Below are positions 35,741-51,150 of a stretch of DNA of 64,000 nucleotides, in pieces; within the stretch, counting starts at the first letter, position 1; each line of letters opens with the position of its first letter. The notes beneath the pieces are model-generated. The model was not told where the DNA came from and searched no databases. It saw nothing but the letters and a program-made list of their open reading frames with translations. Origin of the DNA: the human T2T-CHM13v2.0 reference genome, Homo sapiens; the NCBI RefSeq assembly GCF_009914755.1, contig NC_060930.1; one strand, written 5' to 3'. Both the position numbers and the translations under genes were made by a program.

Positions 35741-38366
35741 GTATGGATGTTTTGGTAGTTCTTACACATTTATTTTAAAATTTAAAGAAGTAGTGCCATA
35801 AAGCTTTATCAGGATGTATTTAAAATGAAAATAGTCTCTTGTTATCTAGCATGCAACTGATTCTTTCAATTTGGTTTGGTTAGTCAGAATCTTACCAGAA
35901 GTCTGTCCAGGTGATAGGTTAGTTGAGAGCATCAAGACCAACCAAAATAAAACAAAAACAATAGCCTATGGCAAACTCATTCTGATCATTTCACATCCTA
36001 GAGAAAAGTGCAGAGAAACAAAAATGAGTCAATATTTTATAAATTCAGGGTCAATATTGTATGCAATGTCAATAGTGTATGAGTTCCAAAGGTTTTGTGT
36101 CACTATTAAATTAGAAATGATCCATTTTTATTCGACGTATAGTAGATCGGGCCATATAATGGCCAATAAATAAATAAATAAATAAAACCCCCACACCAGA
36201 ATACAAAGGATAGTGAGGAAACGTATTTTGTACGACAATTGCAAACCACTTATGGGCTTCAATACAAAGTAATAGAGACCATCTCTTCTCTTTGGCTTTC
36301 CATTCATTTTTAGCATTAGTGAATTTATGTCCTGTGCTCTTGACCTTGAGCCCTAAGAGGTGTATGTCTTTGCCATGCTTCTGTGGCTACATTTTAGGAG
36401 AGTGAGTGTGCATTACATGTCCGTAACCCAGATCTTAGATAGTAGAAGGGTGCTGTTATAATTTGTGGACAGAGGCTGTAATTTGGTGCTCAGGGATTAC
36501 CTCCTTTGTATATGTTTGCCTACTGCATGCTACCATTTATTGTAAGCTTTTTATTCATGATCTTCATTCTAGTTGAATCTGTGGAGCTATTGGTCATGAG
36601 TAGAGAAATAGATCTATAGGGTTTTCTTGAATGGCATTTCTCATTGCTAATGTGTTCTGTGACCAGCCAGGTTTATGGATAAACCCAGTTTTTGTGTTTC
36701 TCTGAGAGGTATGCATCAAAGCAGTTTTTTCCTCTTCACTTAGGAATTTTAATTTTCCTTCAGGGTTCAGTGGGCCATTTAGTACCTCCATTATCTCATA
36801 AGTTATTCTTACTATTTAAATGACTTTTTTTTTTAGGATGTTAGCATGTTGGCCCTTTTACTTTTATTTTCAAAGTCAGACCAAACAAACCATCAGAGTG
36901 CTGTAAATTTACACCTTACATTTGTTTGGAATTCTTTTTATATTAATATTTTTAGAGTCTTCATATGCAAGCAGAAATTTTCCATCCCCTCTCCACTGAT
37001 CACCATTGAGGACAGGGCATGAGATGGGCAAACCCATGCTTTTGTGTGCCTGTAATGGCTAGCCTCTTTGTTACACACTTTATATTGGTCGTTATCTGAT
37101 AGAATTCCAACAAATGAAAACATGCCCAAGTTAAAGAAATTAAATCTCCTTATCCATCACCTTAGAAAAATGACAACACAGCATGTATGTAATTTAAAAT
37201 GACTTGTTGGAATATTTATTGCTAGATTGGGAGAACATTTCTACTGATAAGAAGCTCCTTTGATTTATCAAAGTTTTCCATATTATTTGTTAATTAACTC
37301 CATGTCCTTAATATCCACAGCTCATTTTTCCTATGATAATGACTCCATTGTGAAACATATAAATATAATGAAAAATATCCCTACCTGTATTAAAAATTGA
37401 GAAACCTCAATTACTTCACACCCATTGTATTTTGTAGTCAGCTCAGGACTGTAGTTACATAACTTCAGTTATTATTGCTGGAGCAACAAGATAAGAGAGT
37501 CATTGAAACATTGCAAAAGAGAATGCAGTGGACCAGGGTGGTAATGTTGTCCTTGTAATAAGCCTACTCCTGCCATTGCTGTTAGATGAAGGTTTTCTTT
37601 TTCCAAGTGTTATATAATTATATGCAATTATTTTTGTCGTTTGGTTTTCCTATTATCTTTTTCCTCCTCTTTTTGACACGAAAATGATAGTAACTGGAAA
37701 ATATAAACCAATAAGATTTGAGCTATTTACTATGTTAAAAGAGAATTTGCCAGGTTTCAAATTATTTCCTCATTTGGATCTAGCGTGCAGCACTTACTGA
37801 TAAGAATTCTCTAACACATGTCTATTTAAAAGTATTAAAAGTATTGTGTACACATTTCAGCAAATTTTGGCAAAAGGGTGTCCTCTGATGGGGAAGTGAC
37901 TGTTCCTTTCTTTTGCCATTTCCCAGTCTTAAACCCTTGTTTTTACATCAAGCTCCTTTGTTAAGGATTCAACATAAAAGTCTTTGATATTATTGAGTCC
38001 ATCTCTGACTCATTATTAGCCAACACTTTGTGTCTGGCTGGCAGCTTTTCCGTAAGTGGTAAGGTCAGCCTCATACAGTATTGCACAGCCTTTCCCATTC
38101 CTTTTGCGTCAGTGAGAATCAAATGATTCAACAGTGAAAAGCAAACTCTTGGACTGGAATAGCAAGATGACCCATCTCTAAACAAAGCAAACTGACTAGG
38201 ATTCTCTCATGCTTAACATGCATCTTACTGGTTCTTTATGAAGAGCTTTCTCTTGGTAAGAGTACTCTTTAATATTTGTCTTTACTACAGGTAATCAGGA
38301 TCTGTAATTCATGATTTCTCTCCTCAGTTAACAAGGCTATGGAATATTTCAAAGCAACTCAGGGTC

Positions 38367-38570
38367 AGCATGGTATAGTGGAGAAGGCGTTGAGTCAATA
38401 GATACGTCTACCATCTGGGTGCTCATTGAGAGAGAGGCCTGTTACCTTCTCTTAGTCTATAACTTCATCTGTAAAATGGAAATAATCTTATCTGCTTCAC
38501 AAGGTTGATGCAAAAGTGAATATGTATAAAATTACTTGGTAAAATGTAAAACCCTATTCATATATAAGGG
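38367..38570 (+). mobile_element. MIR (MIR3/MIRc-like)
   Basis: cagcatggtatagtggagaagg...cttcatctgtaaaatggaaataat...cttcacaaggttg. Confidence 0.7.
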
Positions 38571-38707
38571 ACTGCTATCCTTTTAAGAAGCAGAAGTGTT
38601 TGCTATCATCATTTGAGAGAAGTTGAGAATACTGGAACCTTTTAAAAATTGCAGCATAATGTCTTGGAGTGATTTGTTAAATATTGGCTTAAACTAGTAG
38701 GATTTTC

Positions 38708-39117
<410 letters not shown>

Positions 39118-42100
39118 TAAAATGAAACTGGATTTGAGTTAGCTAGTACTCCTTCAGTAAATTGTATGTATTTCCTCTTAAGTAATTTGCTTCTTCCAAT
39201 TGTTTCATCTTTATCATTCATTCTCTTTCCTCAGTCCTTTATTCGCTGCTGAGGGGAAGCAATGAAGAATTTCCTTTGACTCTGCCCAGTTTTTTATGGA
39301 CACAAACAAACCATTTTTTTTTTTAAAGAGGCAGGTATTAATTCAAAGGAAATGTAATATATTTTTTAAACCTAGTGGCGGGGGTGCCAGTTAAGGAACT
39401 TGTAAGTAAAAGTTGAACTTTGGAGCCAAAACGATTGTTGGGACTCATCATCTTCATAATGAAAGTCTTTGCAATTATAATTTCATTTGGCAAAGATGAA
39501 GTTGTACCCTTGGGAGATGCCTTGCCAAATCTTTATCCATAATTCTGAATTGATTCCAGCCAGACTTTGTTATCGGAAAACTACTTCATATCCTTTCCTT
39601 ATGGTGTGTGCCCTTAACCTCAAGAATTCAGTTTGTGAACACTGAAACTGTTCACAGAAAGTGTTTGGAGAAGAGCGCCCTTTAAAAATTAGTCATTAAG
39701 GTATAATGCCATATGGGCTCAAGGGGTGGCAGAGATGCTGAGTGGCTTCTTGTTCGTTAAGACTGAAATATTTATATGAGCAGTAATAATAACAGCATAT
39801 TTCAGAGTCTGTGTGGTATGAAATTGAGCAGCGATGCAATTAGATAATATTGACAGCCCCTATTGTAATTATGTAAATAGTAGTAAGTTCAGCTCTCCTT
39901 TTATCTTTCATTTCCATGTGCACATGTAAGGAGAAGGCTAGAAAATATATAAATGTTGGGCAGGAGTGCTTGGCTATTTATTTATAGGACAGAGTAGCCT
40001 GAAGCTTGTGTTCCCCTGAGTTATTTTTTTTTTCTTCGAAATTAAGCAAGTCCAGTGGGTTCCCAGAGGGGACATGCAAATGCTTAGTGTTAAAGCATCC
40101 ACTTGAGGATCCTGACAACGTCATAGGTCCATTCTGAGTACTTTTCTTTTGGAGTTGTGTGTTGGGATCCTACTTGACTAATACCAATACTTTTTTTTTT
40201 TTTTTAACCTTTCAAACAGATAATTTAAAGTTGTTCTCCATAGAGATGTTTTCTATGTCTAGCTGCCTATCAATCTTTCCATCTCAATGCAGAAGTATTT
40301 GATTAGTGTATTTAAAGTAATAAAGATGCCAACAGTAGTGTCACCTTGATTGATGCTAATTATAAGTCTTTAATGGTTCCTCTGCTTCGGCCACTGTCTC
40401 TGCAGATTGTGATTTTTATGGTTAAAATAGTGCCCTGCTGTCCAAAGGCTTAATCATAAATTCTGGTCTCCCTTTCTTTAATGATTTTGCATGCAGTGGT
40501 ATAATCCCAGTAACATACATTATCTTCGTTAAAAGCAAGCAGTGACTTTCATAGGGGCGATTAATGCATTTATAAGGAGCTTGAGGAATCCTCGTTGGGA
40601 TCATAGCAGAGGTTACGATGATTGTGCTTCCTGGGCATTAGAATTAGCAGCAATGTTGCATAGACTGTCTGAAAATAATTGAAGATTTTGATGCAGTCCC
40701 TATTTAGCACACTAATGTTGTAAATGAGACTATAACTGCAATGGTAAAAAGGCAGGATTTGTAACCTGAAGATGCTATCAGTATGTGGCTGTCAGACCAG
40801 TGAAATGAAAAGCAAGTTAAATTATATGAGGGCTTTCCTTCTTTAGAACAGTCTTAAACAGATTTGGGGTCACTCAGTTTGAAATATCTGTTGATGAAAA
40901 TATCTCTTATCCTGAAGTTTTTCAGGCTGAATTTTCACAGTGTTAATATATGTTTAGTCTTTAATCTCCTTACTCAAGTCCACAGATACAGTTTTAAATA
41001 AGAAGAAATGTGCCTAGTAATACACACATTTATGGGACTTTCAAGGTATGGATAATTTGCTTATGTAAATATATGCCCATATACACTACACATACTAATA
41101 CTTCTCTGAAATGACATATCTTATTGCAGACAAGCTTGACATAAATTAAATCGATGCTTTGCTATCTTGTAAGAGCAGTTTACTTTCACATCAATTACAA
41201 TGCATAGCTTCTTGCATGTAGCGGGTATTTTAAAATAGTGCTTTAATGCTCTTATTGAAAAAACCTTGATAATTAAAAAAATTGTTTTTTAAAAGCACAT
41301 TAATACTGGCATACATTAATATTATTATGTACCTATTTTCTCCTATTTAATTTTACTATATTCTATGCTTACAAACTAAGCTAGATGGAACTATAATAAA
41401 ATGTTAGGTGTTTATATCATATTGCTTTCCACTAGTTATTCAGTTCTAATGATAATATCATACTATAATATCCTCTGTTAGTGCTAACCACTGACATCTA
41501 GACAAAATTGTTAACTTCTAGTAAGGAGAAGATACTTTTAAAATTTTTGAACCATTTACATTTTCAAAGAAGGGAATGCTAAATTGCTTTATAGGAAGGT
41601 AGTTATTTCCCAAGTGGTTCCGGCTTATAGGGAGAAACCACAGACCTCAGAAGCCAAGCTTGAAAGAGTATTCCTCTTGAAATAGCATCTATTCCACATT
41701 TCTGGGGGTAGCTGTAGTTAATAATTCTGGATGATAAGCAAAAGTCTACCCAATATTTATTTTTTTGGTGGAAATTTGAGGAGATATGCCCAGCTGCATA
41801 GTGGTTATTAGAAAATGCCTCAATTTACAAGCCTTATATTGAGAAACTTGTGACATCTACTTTGGGTATTTACAATAATGACTTACTTGCAAAGTCTTTT
41901 ATTTTGCCATAGTATAGTTTAAGGTGATTGTTTGAAATGTTAATGTTCAGATGTTCTGAGGTGCTCTTTTAGGTAATGGTTATCATCGGTGAGCCATTGG
42001 ACATCTTTTCACCAGAGTGATAATACGGAAAACATGTACACAGAATGTAACCTCTCCCACAGGGAACGTTTATCTTCTAGAGCGTCACTCAGACATTCTA

Positions 42101-43279
42101 AACATGGGCAGACCAGAAGGCGGTGTTAGAAAGCTTGCGATGGATGAGGAGGGCTGGGATTAAATGAACTAGGATTGACTGCGGAAGAAGACTGGTATGG
42201 GAGCCTATGGGATTATTACTGGGGATCTGTATGGTAATTAATCCCATATGAAGACAATACCTACCCTCCAATCTGTTTGTCTACTCATTCCACCATTGTC
42301 GTGCTCTACTGATTATCAATAGTGTCATTAGAAAAACCAGAGAAAGACTCTTCTGTGGGTGTCAACAGTCAGCAGAGGTCTGACTAAGCATTCGAATGAC
42401 ATCTTGTGTGATTCTACAATGAGAGTTGCAAACTGCTTGATCAGAGGAGGTGTGAGCTGCATTGTTTAGTCTGTCTTGCTGTGTGATAATTTTCTTTTGT
42501 AGTTTTGATAAATTAACATTGGCTTATGTATTCAGCAATATTCAACAGGAATCTTTTTTTTCTAAGCCCCCGGGCTTGTGTTTAAAAATGCAGGTTAGTT
42601 CTCAGAGGCTTTCAAAGCATTTCTGCATCATGCTACTAATTAAGATAAGGTTATCATTTTAAGTTATACCAGGAATGCAATTAGAGCTTCTAGTGAGAAC
42701 TGTAGCAATCAATTTTCTACAAATTATGCAGACCTGGTAAGGTAGAATACAGTTTTAATAGGACAAGTGAACATACAGTGATTTATTAGATATAATGTGA
42801 ATTCAAAAGACACCTGGACACAGCATCTGTAACACATCGTGTAGCCCAAGTCACTGGGACTCTAGTTCAACAGCCCTTCAGTGGGAGAGATTTAATAATA
42901 TGCCTTCCATTCTCCATTGTTCAGTGACTGTTATTTTGGATTTTGAGAGGGATTTTTGTTTTTCAGTTTGAATGGTTTTAGACATGAGAAAGGATACAAA
43001 GCGCAGATGAGTGAGGCCCCTCGTTTATCTAGACTGACCCACTGCGGAGCTGTGGGTCAGTCCTACCTGTCATTCCTTTTACTTTTGTGGGACCCACAGA
43101 GTCCAGGTGACTAGCTGACAGTGTAATTAACTAATTTTTCTACACTGTCCATCTCTGCTAAGAGTATTTGGTGTTGGATAAGAAACTTACATGCCTTATC
43201 TGCCAACTGTCGGTAATTACTTATTCATTGAATGGATACCTGTTTTCTAAGGATGTACGAGGACTGCAAGGTTGAATAG

Positions 43280-45020
43280 CTCCCGAGGAGGCTGTAGATC
43301 TTTTCTTCCTAGGATCACTGCAGGTCTTCTGGAGCTCTCCATTAGGTCATAAATTACAGTACTTCTGGGCTTCCTTTTCTTAAACCTCTTAAAAATATCT
43401 GGAACACCTTTTACTTCTCCCTGGTTGACTTTTATTCCATTTGACCTATCAGCTTGTTCTACATTTTTCCATGCACCTAAATTCCTCAAATTGCAGTTGT
43501 TCATTCAATGTATATCTAGAGATTTTCCGTTGTGTGCCATGCATTGTGCTAGGTATTGGACACATCGTGGTGAAAAAGGATACTTGTGCTAATATCTGTA
43601 ACATATGCCTGCCTTTCCCACCTCCACCATTAAGCACGTAACATCCCTTCCCAGCACTTGTGACCTTGCCTTGTAATTTACAGAGAAGATAAATATCCTC
43701 TAGTACAATCTCCTCTATCTTCTCCTTTCTTCCATATCTGCCATTATCTGCAGCTGAAAGGTGTTTTCTTTCTGTTCCGTCTCATAGAAAGTGTCACATC
43801 TCCTCCATTAAATTGCCATGATTAAGATAAATTTTCTTTAATGTTTCTATGCATTAATTTTTCCAATAATTTCTCTTTTTGCGATAATTTTTCTTTTCTT
43901 TTCTTTTCTTTCCTGCATAATTTTTTTCTACTTTATCTCAATCTTTCTTACTCTTCTGCTATTTCCCTTTGGCCAACAAGCAGGCTCACATTTTAGCTCA
44001 ACCCTATCCAGAAACAAAAAGTAAAAAATCTGTTATCTTACCTGTTACTCATTCAAACTTCCTAGTTGCTAGTTTCTTCAAAGTGTGCCTACACAAATTC
44101 TGATTTTTCTTCTTCATGTCTCTTATTACAACAGTCTGGCTTCTGGACCAGCAAATCTCTAGACCAAAACACACCAGTGGCCAAAGTTTACTTCTCACTT
44201 CACTTAGCCTCGTACTAACATTTGTTATTGCTGCGTCTTTCCTACTTCTGAAAATCGGCAGCTGTCTTCAATCTATGGTGTCATTTCTTCGTCCTCAATT
44301 TCTTAGGCTGAGTTGTCCTTTTTTTGCTAACCCTTTTGGTGACAATGTCCCTCAGGGTTTCAACTTTAGTATTCTTCTTTACTTACTCTGTGTGAGGAGG
44401 TTCTTAAAACAAGAGGCTTCAAAGGTGAACTGTGAATGCCCTAAAATCATATGCTAACATATATGGTGTGGGTACCTACATTTTTCTGAGAAAAGGGTTT
44501 GTAGCTTTCATGTGATTCTCAACAGGTGCCAAAGACCAAGCTACAGCTGAAACCTCATTCTTTGAATGGTGGCATCCTCTTCCATGGTGTCCTGCTCCAA
44601 ACTCTCACCTGCGTTTGTGCTGTATTCTATCTCAGGCTGACACATTGCTGTTGACCTAAGTTCTTAAAGAATCTTCCAGTGTGTTCTGTTTCCACACTCA
44701 GTTTTATGCCAAATTCTTTCCATTATGATTCAGAAATATAATTAGTCTGTCATGGTTTTGTCTTAGTTAGATTCCCTGTCACCTATTTCTTACCATCCTG
44801 GTCCAATCTGCACAATATCTCCAGAAATATCTTTTGATGTATCCTAAAATTAAAAAGCCTGCTCCTAGGATTTTCCCTCACTTACTATTCTTCAGTACAT
44901 TCTTTCCCTCCTCCTCTACAGGTCAGGTTCCAGGTGAGAAATCACTTGAATTATAAAAGTCTTCAATATAATTCTCCTTACTTATATCACTCTTCCTCAA
45001 CTTATGAACACTTTGAACCC
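43280..45020. mobile_element. Degraded L2 fragments, mostly + strand with a short - fragment at about 43500-43590
   Basis: Pyrimidine-rich L2-like text; ttcattcaatgtatatctagagattttccgttgtgtgccatgcattgtgctaggtattgg is an antisense L2 3' end. Confidence 0.45.
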
Positions 45021-45185
45021 TTTGCAATTAGCCAAGAGAAAACTCCCCCTTCACCCTTTAAAGGTTTGCTTAAAAATCAACTGACAAAAGACAGATTAAT
45101 AGGAGAAGAGGCATACACGTTTATTAACATGCACTGGAGTCTTAACAAAATATAAGAACTCAAAGAAATGGCCAGATGGTTGACC

Positions 45186-45899
<714 letters not shown>

Positions 45900-45906
45900 T
45901 GGTTGA

Positions 45907-46541
<635 letters not shown>

Positions 46542-47460
46542 TGGTTGACACTTTCATACCATCTTGAGGTTACAGAAAGAATGAAAACTTTGATTACAGC
46601 AAAACAGGTTATGAGAGGGCAAGAAGAGCAGGCCTGGCTAGCAAGGGTGGTCTTCTTATGTAGATGAAACCTCACAGGTAGCAGCCCTCAGAGAGAATAG
46701 ATGGTAAATGTTTCTTTAGACTTATAAGGTGTCAGACTCTCAGGTCATGTTTCCTAACTCTGCACAAGGGAGAGGCTCAGAGAAAAAGCATGGATGCATC
46801 CCTGCCAATTTTCTCTGCAGATGTAAATCTCCCCTACAGAAGACAGCTTTTCGGCTGTTCTTATATTTCTAGCCCTTCTGAATAGCCATCTTGAAATATG
46901 TCAAAGAAGTATGTTTTGGGGTGAAATATTTTGGTTTCCTTCACATTTCGCCAGATGTGTTATGCTGCGGTTTTCTCTCCCTGAAAGGAACCCCTCTTGT
47001 CTTGAATCTACATAGATGTTTCCTATTTATCTCCCACAGTCCAGCAGAGCCATTACCCTGGTCCCAGCCAGCGTTCAGCATGGCTTCCCTCTTGTCCATA
47101 ACTCTGTTGTTGCATTGACAACTATTCAATATCCTCACTTTGTTCCTATCTCTCTCTCCAACAATATGAGAGGCCAGGGAATTTGCAGCAAATTTTTGTT
47201 ATCTGAGTCTCCTTAGCACTTCAAGAAGTGCATGTTGACAGATCACACACTCTGAACTTCAATTGGACATTTATTTAGATATAAATGGCATTTTAGATCA
47301 TTTTTTGGATCAAACAAACACATCAACTTTTTCAGATTTGCTTTCTGAGTGAGACTCCAACAGCTGTGGTTAAAACAGCAGTTGCCATCCCTGAAATTCT
47401 CCGCATAGTGTAGTCTACATAAATGTGCATCATATGTAATGTATATTGTTATACATGTAA

Positions 47461-47688
47461 TATATGTGTATATGTATGTATATATATGTGTGTATATGTG
47501 TATATATGTATATATGTGTGTATATATATGTGTATGTATATGCATATATGTGTATATATGTATATATGTGTATATATGTGTGTGTATATATGTATATGCG
47601 TGTGTATATATGTATATATATGTGTATATATGTATATATGTGTGTATATATGTGTGTGTATGTATGTATATATGTGTATATATATGTG

Positions 47689-47737
<49 letters not shown>
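47461..47737. repeat. Compound (TA)/(TG) alternating purine-pyrimidine microsatellite
   Basis: About 275 bp of tatatgtg-type units ending in (TG)n(TA)n; accounts for the YICV/HTHI-rich pseudo-ORFs. Confidence 0.95.
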
Positions 47738-47769
47738 CACTCCCAGGCTGGAGTGCAGTGGCATGATCT
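47738..47769 (-). mobile_element. Short Alu 3' fragment
   Basis: cccaggctggagtgcagtggcatgatct. Confidence 0.75.
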
Positions 47770-48399
47770 AGCAGAAAGTCCTGGATCTATTTTATGAAAC
47801 AAAACAAACAGCATATATAAGCATATAATATATTTTCTGTGATACACTTTTTAAAGAGAAGGTAAATCTTGAGTATGTTGACAACAGCTCTGGGATAGTT
47901 GATGTGTGACTTCAGTGGTAATTTGGTATTTTGCGACTTTTGAGCAACTTTGTGCAAGGAGAGATCTCTCCCACTCCCCCCTTCCATGGTTCTTATTCTC
48001 CTTCTTGCCCATGGTTAAGGCAACATCAGACCAAAGCAACTGATATCTCTGTGCCTTAAATTTCACAGTGTCACATATTAATAAAAGTGATGGATATTTT
48101 TCTCTTTTCTGAGAGTTTGTTAGATTTGTTAAGGTAATTTATTAACAAGATGTATCCTAGGGAAATACATTTTTTCACCTATCACTATCTTAGTAACATT
48201 TTTTGCTAATGAGGAAACTAGGTCACAGAGAAGTTAAATTACTTTCCATGGAGTTTTTGTCAGAGAACCATTAAGTGTGATATCATTAAAAGTTACAGCA
48301 AATTTATTCTAGAAAAAAATGTAGTGCTTAATCATCTGTATTAGTACTTTATCCTTAAGTCAACCTGGTAAATAGTTTCTAGATACAGTACAAAGTTAG

Positions 48400-48858
<459 letters not shown>

Positions 48859-48948
48859 TAAAAGGAGTAGGTATAGAAAGAGTTAATTTTCTTTCTGACA
48901 CTTCTTAACATATGAAAGGAATTAATTATTTGGCTGTTAGGTAGATTA

Positions 48949-49721
<773 letters not shown>

Positions 49722-51150
49722 TTACCTGGAACTTTTTCTTCAAACTTCCCTTCAGCCTACAAAGAGTCGTGTTACAAAACCTCTGAATCCAAATTCTGCC
49801 TCCTTACCTTGTCATGTCTTGGCATGAGTCTATGCATTAGTCTCAGACTGATTTGATTCATGTTAGTTGTGGCCACCTCATATGTATTTTCTTGTGTACA
49901 AGAATGGAGCCTAGTTTTATAAATGTGATAAAATGCACTGGATTTTTTTTTTCTTTTTTCTGGAAGGAATTTTGAAAGCTTGAACTGTTGTCTCCTGGAG
50001 TATGTTAGAGTATAGGAATGTCTCGAGATACCTGACTTTGTCCATGAACTTCTGCATATCCTTGATTATCAAATATCACACACCACAACTGAAAGTATGT
50101 TTTATGATCATTCATTAATCCTCTCCATTGCAAAGGCTGAGTGGCACATTTAAGAGGTTGGGGAACATGAACTGATGGGCACACTCCTTTTAACATTGCT
50201 TCATTATAAGGCAGATTGATTAGGGCCCCTGCTACTGTCCTGAAAATTGTACATGTCCTCTGGGTCCAAATTACTGTTACTCCTGTTTCACTCTGATTTT
50301 TTTGATGACTTTTAGTACCTCCTAGGTTTTTATTCAAGATCTCATGTGAACTTTCTGTATCTTATCCTTTCTGCCTTTGTGATGCTACCAATTAGATTAT
50401 AGATAGAACATCACATCTGCTTGGTGCATCCCAGAATGGGCCCTATATACATTAATTATCCACTTTTCTGCCCCTGTTCAATCCTGATTTAGCAATAGCA
50501 ATCTTATCAGATTGAAGCTTGCTGCTTTAAGCAATATCTTTGCAGGATATTTTCTTTTGGGTCTTGATTTCTATAGATGAGTCTAAAGGTTCTACCACCG
50601 GCATTAGCTCTCTGAAGGCATTTAAACAATGTTGTTAGTCTGTGGGCATGATGAGAACGTATACCTTACTACCATAGACATTAGATTGGCCTGTTAAGAG
50701 TCAACTTGCATAAATCTGCACAAAGTGATTTATCATGAGTAATTGTTAACTCAAAATTTTCTATAAATAGAGACTCAAGAGATTACAGAACCCATAGATG
50801 CTAATCAAGGTGGACTCTGGGAAAAATCTGAGAGGCAGGACTGGAAAGTGGTTATCATTTGCTAATCAGAAACATTATCGGAGTATTGTATCCTGTTTTG
50901 AAAAGGGCTATACAAATATAACCAGGTTAGCAACTAAGAAAATGTAGAAAAGGAAAGTCACAAAGGCAAATACTGTTGATGTTCATGTAAGCAAAGTCTG
51001 GTGGAGAGGAAGTCTTGAATAAAAGACTTGAACCTTACCAGCAAAACTACTGATAAATTTAGCATCTATTGTGCCAGGCATATGCTAAAAACTTTATCTG
51101 CACTATTCTCATAACTTCTTAAAAGGACTTTTGACCTACTGTTGCATTTT

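Noticed and set aside
47243-47797. Longest ORFs (173, 124, 110 and 100 aa; HTHIY/YICV-rich)
   Set aside because: They are translations of a stop-free TA/TG microsatellite on both strands, not genes.
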